DNA of 48,569 nucleotides from an uncultured Bacteroidales bacterium (GTDB lineage Bacteria; Bacteroidota; Bacteroidia; Bacteroidales; Dysgonomonadaceae): NCBI GenBank assembly GCA_964293155.1, contig CAXYYA010000028.1, positions 1 to 48,569 of the forward strand, read 5' to 3'. Shown piece by piece: positions 46,524 to 48,569 of this stretch (position 1 is its first letter; each line of letters starts with the position of its first letter). The notes under the pieces were generated by a model. It saw only the letters and a program-made list of their open reading frames with translations, ran no database searches and was not told where the DNA came from. The position numbers and the translations under genes were made by a program.

Positions 46524-48017
46524 TTATTTTTCAATCGTATTCTTTTTGGGCGCGTTTACCGGAGATTCCTTTTCAATAGGAATAGTTTCTGTTGTTTCTT
46601 TGCCTTTCAGGTAATTGGGCAACTGCATTCCCGCCATATTGAACAAGTCGTCCAATGGTGGAATGGTTCGCATTAACCCCGAAAGAAAGTTCGCGGTAGA
46701 GCCTTTACCATCTGCATTATTTCCCGAATCCCAAACGGTAACTTTATCAATTTTCAGGTTTTTAACCGCTTCAACCTGTGTTCTGATGAGTTCCGGTAAT
46801 TTCTCGATCATCAGCAACTGATACGCTTTATCGGGATCGCCGCCGGCGGCCGAAACCACATCTTTGTACCCTTGCGCCTGCTTGCTCAGAATCTCGAACA
46901 AACCGCGCGCTTCGGCGTCCATTTTGGCGAAGATGGCATCGGCATCGCCTTTAGCTTGAACGCGAGTGCGTTCGGCCACGGCTTGTGCGTCAATAATGGC
47001 TTTTTGTTTGGCGATCTCGGCCGGAACCACAATGTTGGCGGTTTCGGTAGAACGTTCGCGTTCGGCGCGGGCATTTTCGGCCAACTTTTCAGCCACATAA
47101 GCTTCTTCCAGCGCTTTTGCCTGTTGCACTTTCTCGGCCGCGATAGCCAGACGCGCAGCCTCGGCTTCTTTTTCGCGACGTGCCGCATCGGATTGGGCGA
47201 TGGTAATTTTTGCCGTATTTTCACCCTGAACGGCTATGGAGTTTGCTTCGGATGTTTTGATACGCGTTAGTTTATCGGCTTCGGCCTTTCCGATCAATTC
47301 GTCTTTCTTAGCCGATGCAATATTTACCTCGCGGTCTTTATCGGCCTCAGCTTTACCGGTCTCACCGATCTTTTCTTGTTGTGCCACGCTGATTTTGGCT
47401 TCGTTTATGGCCTTTGCTGCGGCTTCTTTTCCCAACGCTTCAATGTATCCCGACTCGTCTTTGATATCGGTAACGTTCACGTTGATCAATTTCAGACCGA
47501 CTTTCTTCAATTCCGAATCCACTGTTTTGGAGATGGCTTCAAGGAATTTATCGCGGTCGGAGTTGATTTCTTCGATCGTCATGGTGGCGATCACCAAACG
47601 CAGTTGTCCGAAGAGAATGTCGGAAGCCAGTTCTTTTATTTTATCGGGTGTAAGCCCCAACAACCTTTCGGCGGCCGTGTTCATCAGATCGGGTTCGGAC
47701 GAAATGGCAATGGTAAACCGTGAGGGTACATCCACGCGAATATTCTGACGGCTGAGCGCGTTGGTGAGGTTGGCCTCGATGGACAATGGCTTCAGATCGA
47801 GGTAAGCGTAGTCCTGAATTACCGGCCACACAAAAGCGCCTCCGCCAGGAATACAACGAGCCGAGGAGCCGCCTGTTTTTCCGTAAACCACCAGAATTTT
47901 ATCGGAAGGACATCTTTTAAAACGCGATGCCAGCGCCAGAATAGTAACAAAAATAACTACCGCCAGTATGATGATCAGGAACAATGGCGATGAAAGCGTC
48001 TCCGTCGGTAATCGCAT
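46524..48017 (-). CDS. Flotillin/SPFH (band-7) family protein (YqiK-like)
   Basis: An N-terminal TM (PLFLIIILAVVIFVTILAL), an SPFH domain, a long Ala/Glu/Lys coiled-coil and a C-terminal flotillin region. The ATG at 48017 is preferred; the track start at 48026 is GTG. Confidence 0.85.
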   Translation of the reverse strand: MRLPTETLSSPLFLIIILAVVIFVTILALASRFKRCPSDKILVVYGKTGGSSARCIPGGGAFVWPVIQDYAYLDLKPLSIEANLTNALSRQNIRVDVPSRFTIAISSEPDLMNTAAERLLGLTPDKIKELASDILFGQLRLVIATMTIEEINSDRDKFLEAISKTVDSELKKVGLKLINVNVTDIKDESGYIEALGKEAAAKAINEAKISVAQQEKIGETGKAEADKDREVNIASAKKDELIGKAEADKLTRIKTSEANSIAVQGENTAKITIAQSDAARREKEAEAARLAIAAEKVQQAKALEEAYVAEKLAENARAERERSTETANIVVPAEIAKQKAIIDAQAVAERTRVQAKGDADAIFAKMDAEARGLFEILSKQAQGYKDVVSAAGGDPDKAYQLLMIEKLPELIRTQVEAVKNLKIDKVTVWDSGNNADGKGSTANFLSGLMRTIPPLDDLFNMAGMQLPNYLKGKETTETIPIEKESPVNAPKKNTIEK

Positions 48018-48489
48018 CCAGTTCACGCACAGAACCCCTCACACTGATCAGAATTTTTCCTTTGCCCGACCGTTGAGGCGGAATGGTAAGATACACTTCC
48101 GCCGTTTTATTCAGCGTTTCTTCCATTTTAAACGAATCGTTTTCGGCCAGTCGCATAAATTGCTTTATGATGAAGAAAAACAGCGCCACAAAAATAATGC
48201 CGACCAGTGTAGCTACAAAAATCAACAAAATTTTGTTGGAAATAAGCGGATAAAACACAATTCCCGACCAACTGAAACCGAGTAGAAAATTGATGAGATT
48301 GCGCAGCGAAAACAATTGAAACGGCGCATCGGTATCGCTGAAATCACCATCGAAATCGGCGTCCACGCCATCCATGGAGTTGCCACCGATAAAGGTCATG
48401 ATGGCCTGAATGATAAAAATCAAACTAACGGGAATGGCGATATACCAAAAGGTTCTCAACAAGGGTTCCAGGTTTTGTAATGCATCCAT
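47917..48489 (-). CDS. NfeD/YqiJ-like membrane protein (flotillin-associated, C-terminal OB-fold)
   Basis: 190 aa with 3-4 TM helices and a C-terminal beta-rich segment (KILISVRGSVRELDAITDGDAFI). Its 3' end overlaps the flotillin start by ~100 bp in another frame. Confidence 0.55.
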   Translation of the reverse strand: MDALQNLEPLLRTFWYIAIPVSLIFIIQAIMTFIGGNSMDGVDADFDGDFSDTDAPFQLFSLRNLINFLLGFSWSGIVFYPLISNKILLIFVATLVGIIFVALFFFIIKQFMRLAENDSFKMEETLNKTAEVYLTIPPQRSGKGKILISVRGSVRELDAITDGDAFIAIVPDHHTGGSYFCYYSGAGIAF

Positions 48490-48569
48490 AGTGTTAAAAT
48501 TTAACTTTCCAAAGATAAGTAATCAATAAAAATTAATGTTATATTTTTCGTGTCCAATATTTTTTAATA

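Overview
This 48.6 kb window is an AT-rich (~45% GC) Bacteroidetes-type chromosomal segment, judged from the SusC/SusD pair, TAnnTTTG -7 promoter boxes, the lack of SD-dependent gene spacing and a fimbrillin-like lipoprotein. No rRNA, tRNA or CRISPR array was recognised. The housekeeping backbone is: an ABC-F ATPase (partial), SusC/SusD, HisS, a UbiB/ABC1 kinase, a PIN-PhoH ATPase, M3 peptidyl-dipeptidase Dcp, an RRM RNA-binding protein, TsaB, a CDGSH Fe-S protein, a GH20-like hydrolase, FolD, Ffh, a FemAB-like enzyme, a TonB-dependent receptor, and a flotillin/NfeD pair. The main accessory feature is a ~14 kb array of 22 genes, all on the minus strand, running from 38161 down to 23913. It holds two ECF sigma/anti-sigma pairs, each followed by an LTXXQ (Spy/CpxP/ZraP-like) periplasmic protein; one of these is fused to the C-terminus of a FecR-type anti-sigma and duplicated as a stand-alone secreted paralog. 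It also holds a secreted protein with four Ca-binding-like tandem repeats, two tandem ferritin-like (DUF2202-like) secreted paralogs, and a translationally coupled triad of a PqqD-like peptide-binding (RRE) protein, an ATP-grasp ligase and a type-III PLP decarboxylase. Downstream of the triad are a polytopic-membrane M23 peptidase, an outer-membrane beta-barrel/TPR protein and a TPR lipoprotein. I flag this as a candidate ECF-controlled envelope/metal-stress island with an embedded, uncharacterised peptide- or carrier-dependent modification pathway. Other notable items are a membrane-anchored dual-specificity phosphatase fused to a DAG-kinase-like lipid kinase, two nested families of miniature inverted-repeat elements (four copies of an outer element and two of an inner element, the latter with clean 4-bp target duplications), and two related GC-rich arrays of short hairpins (BIME-like).
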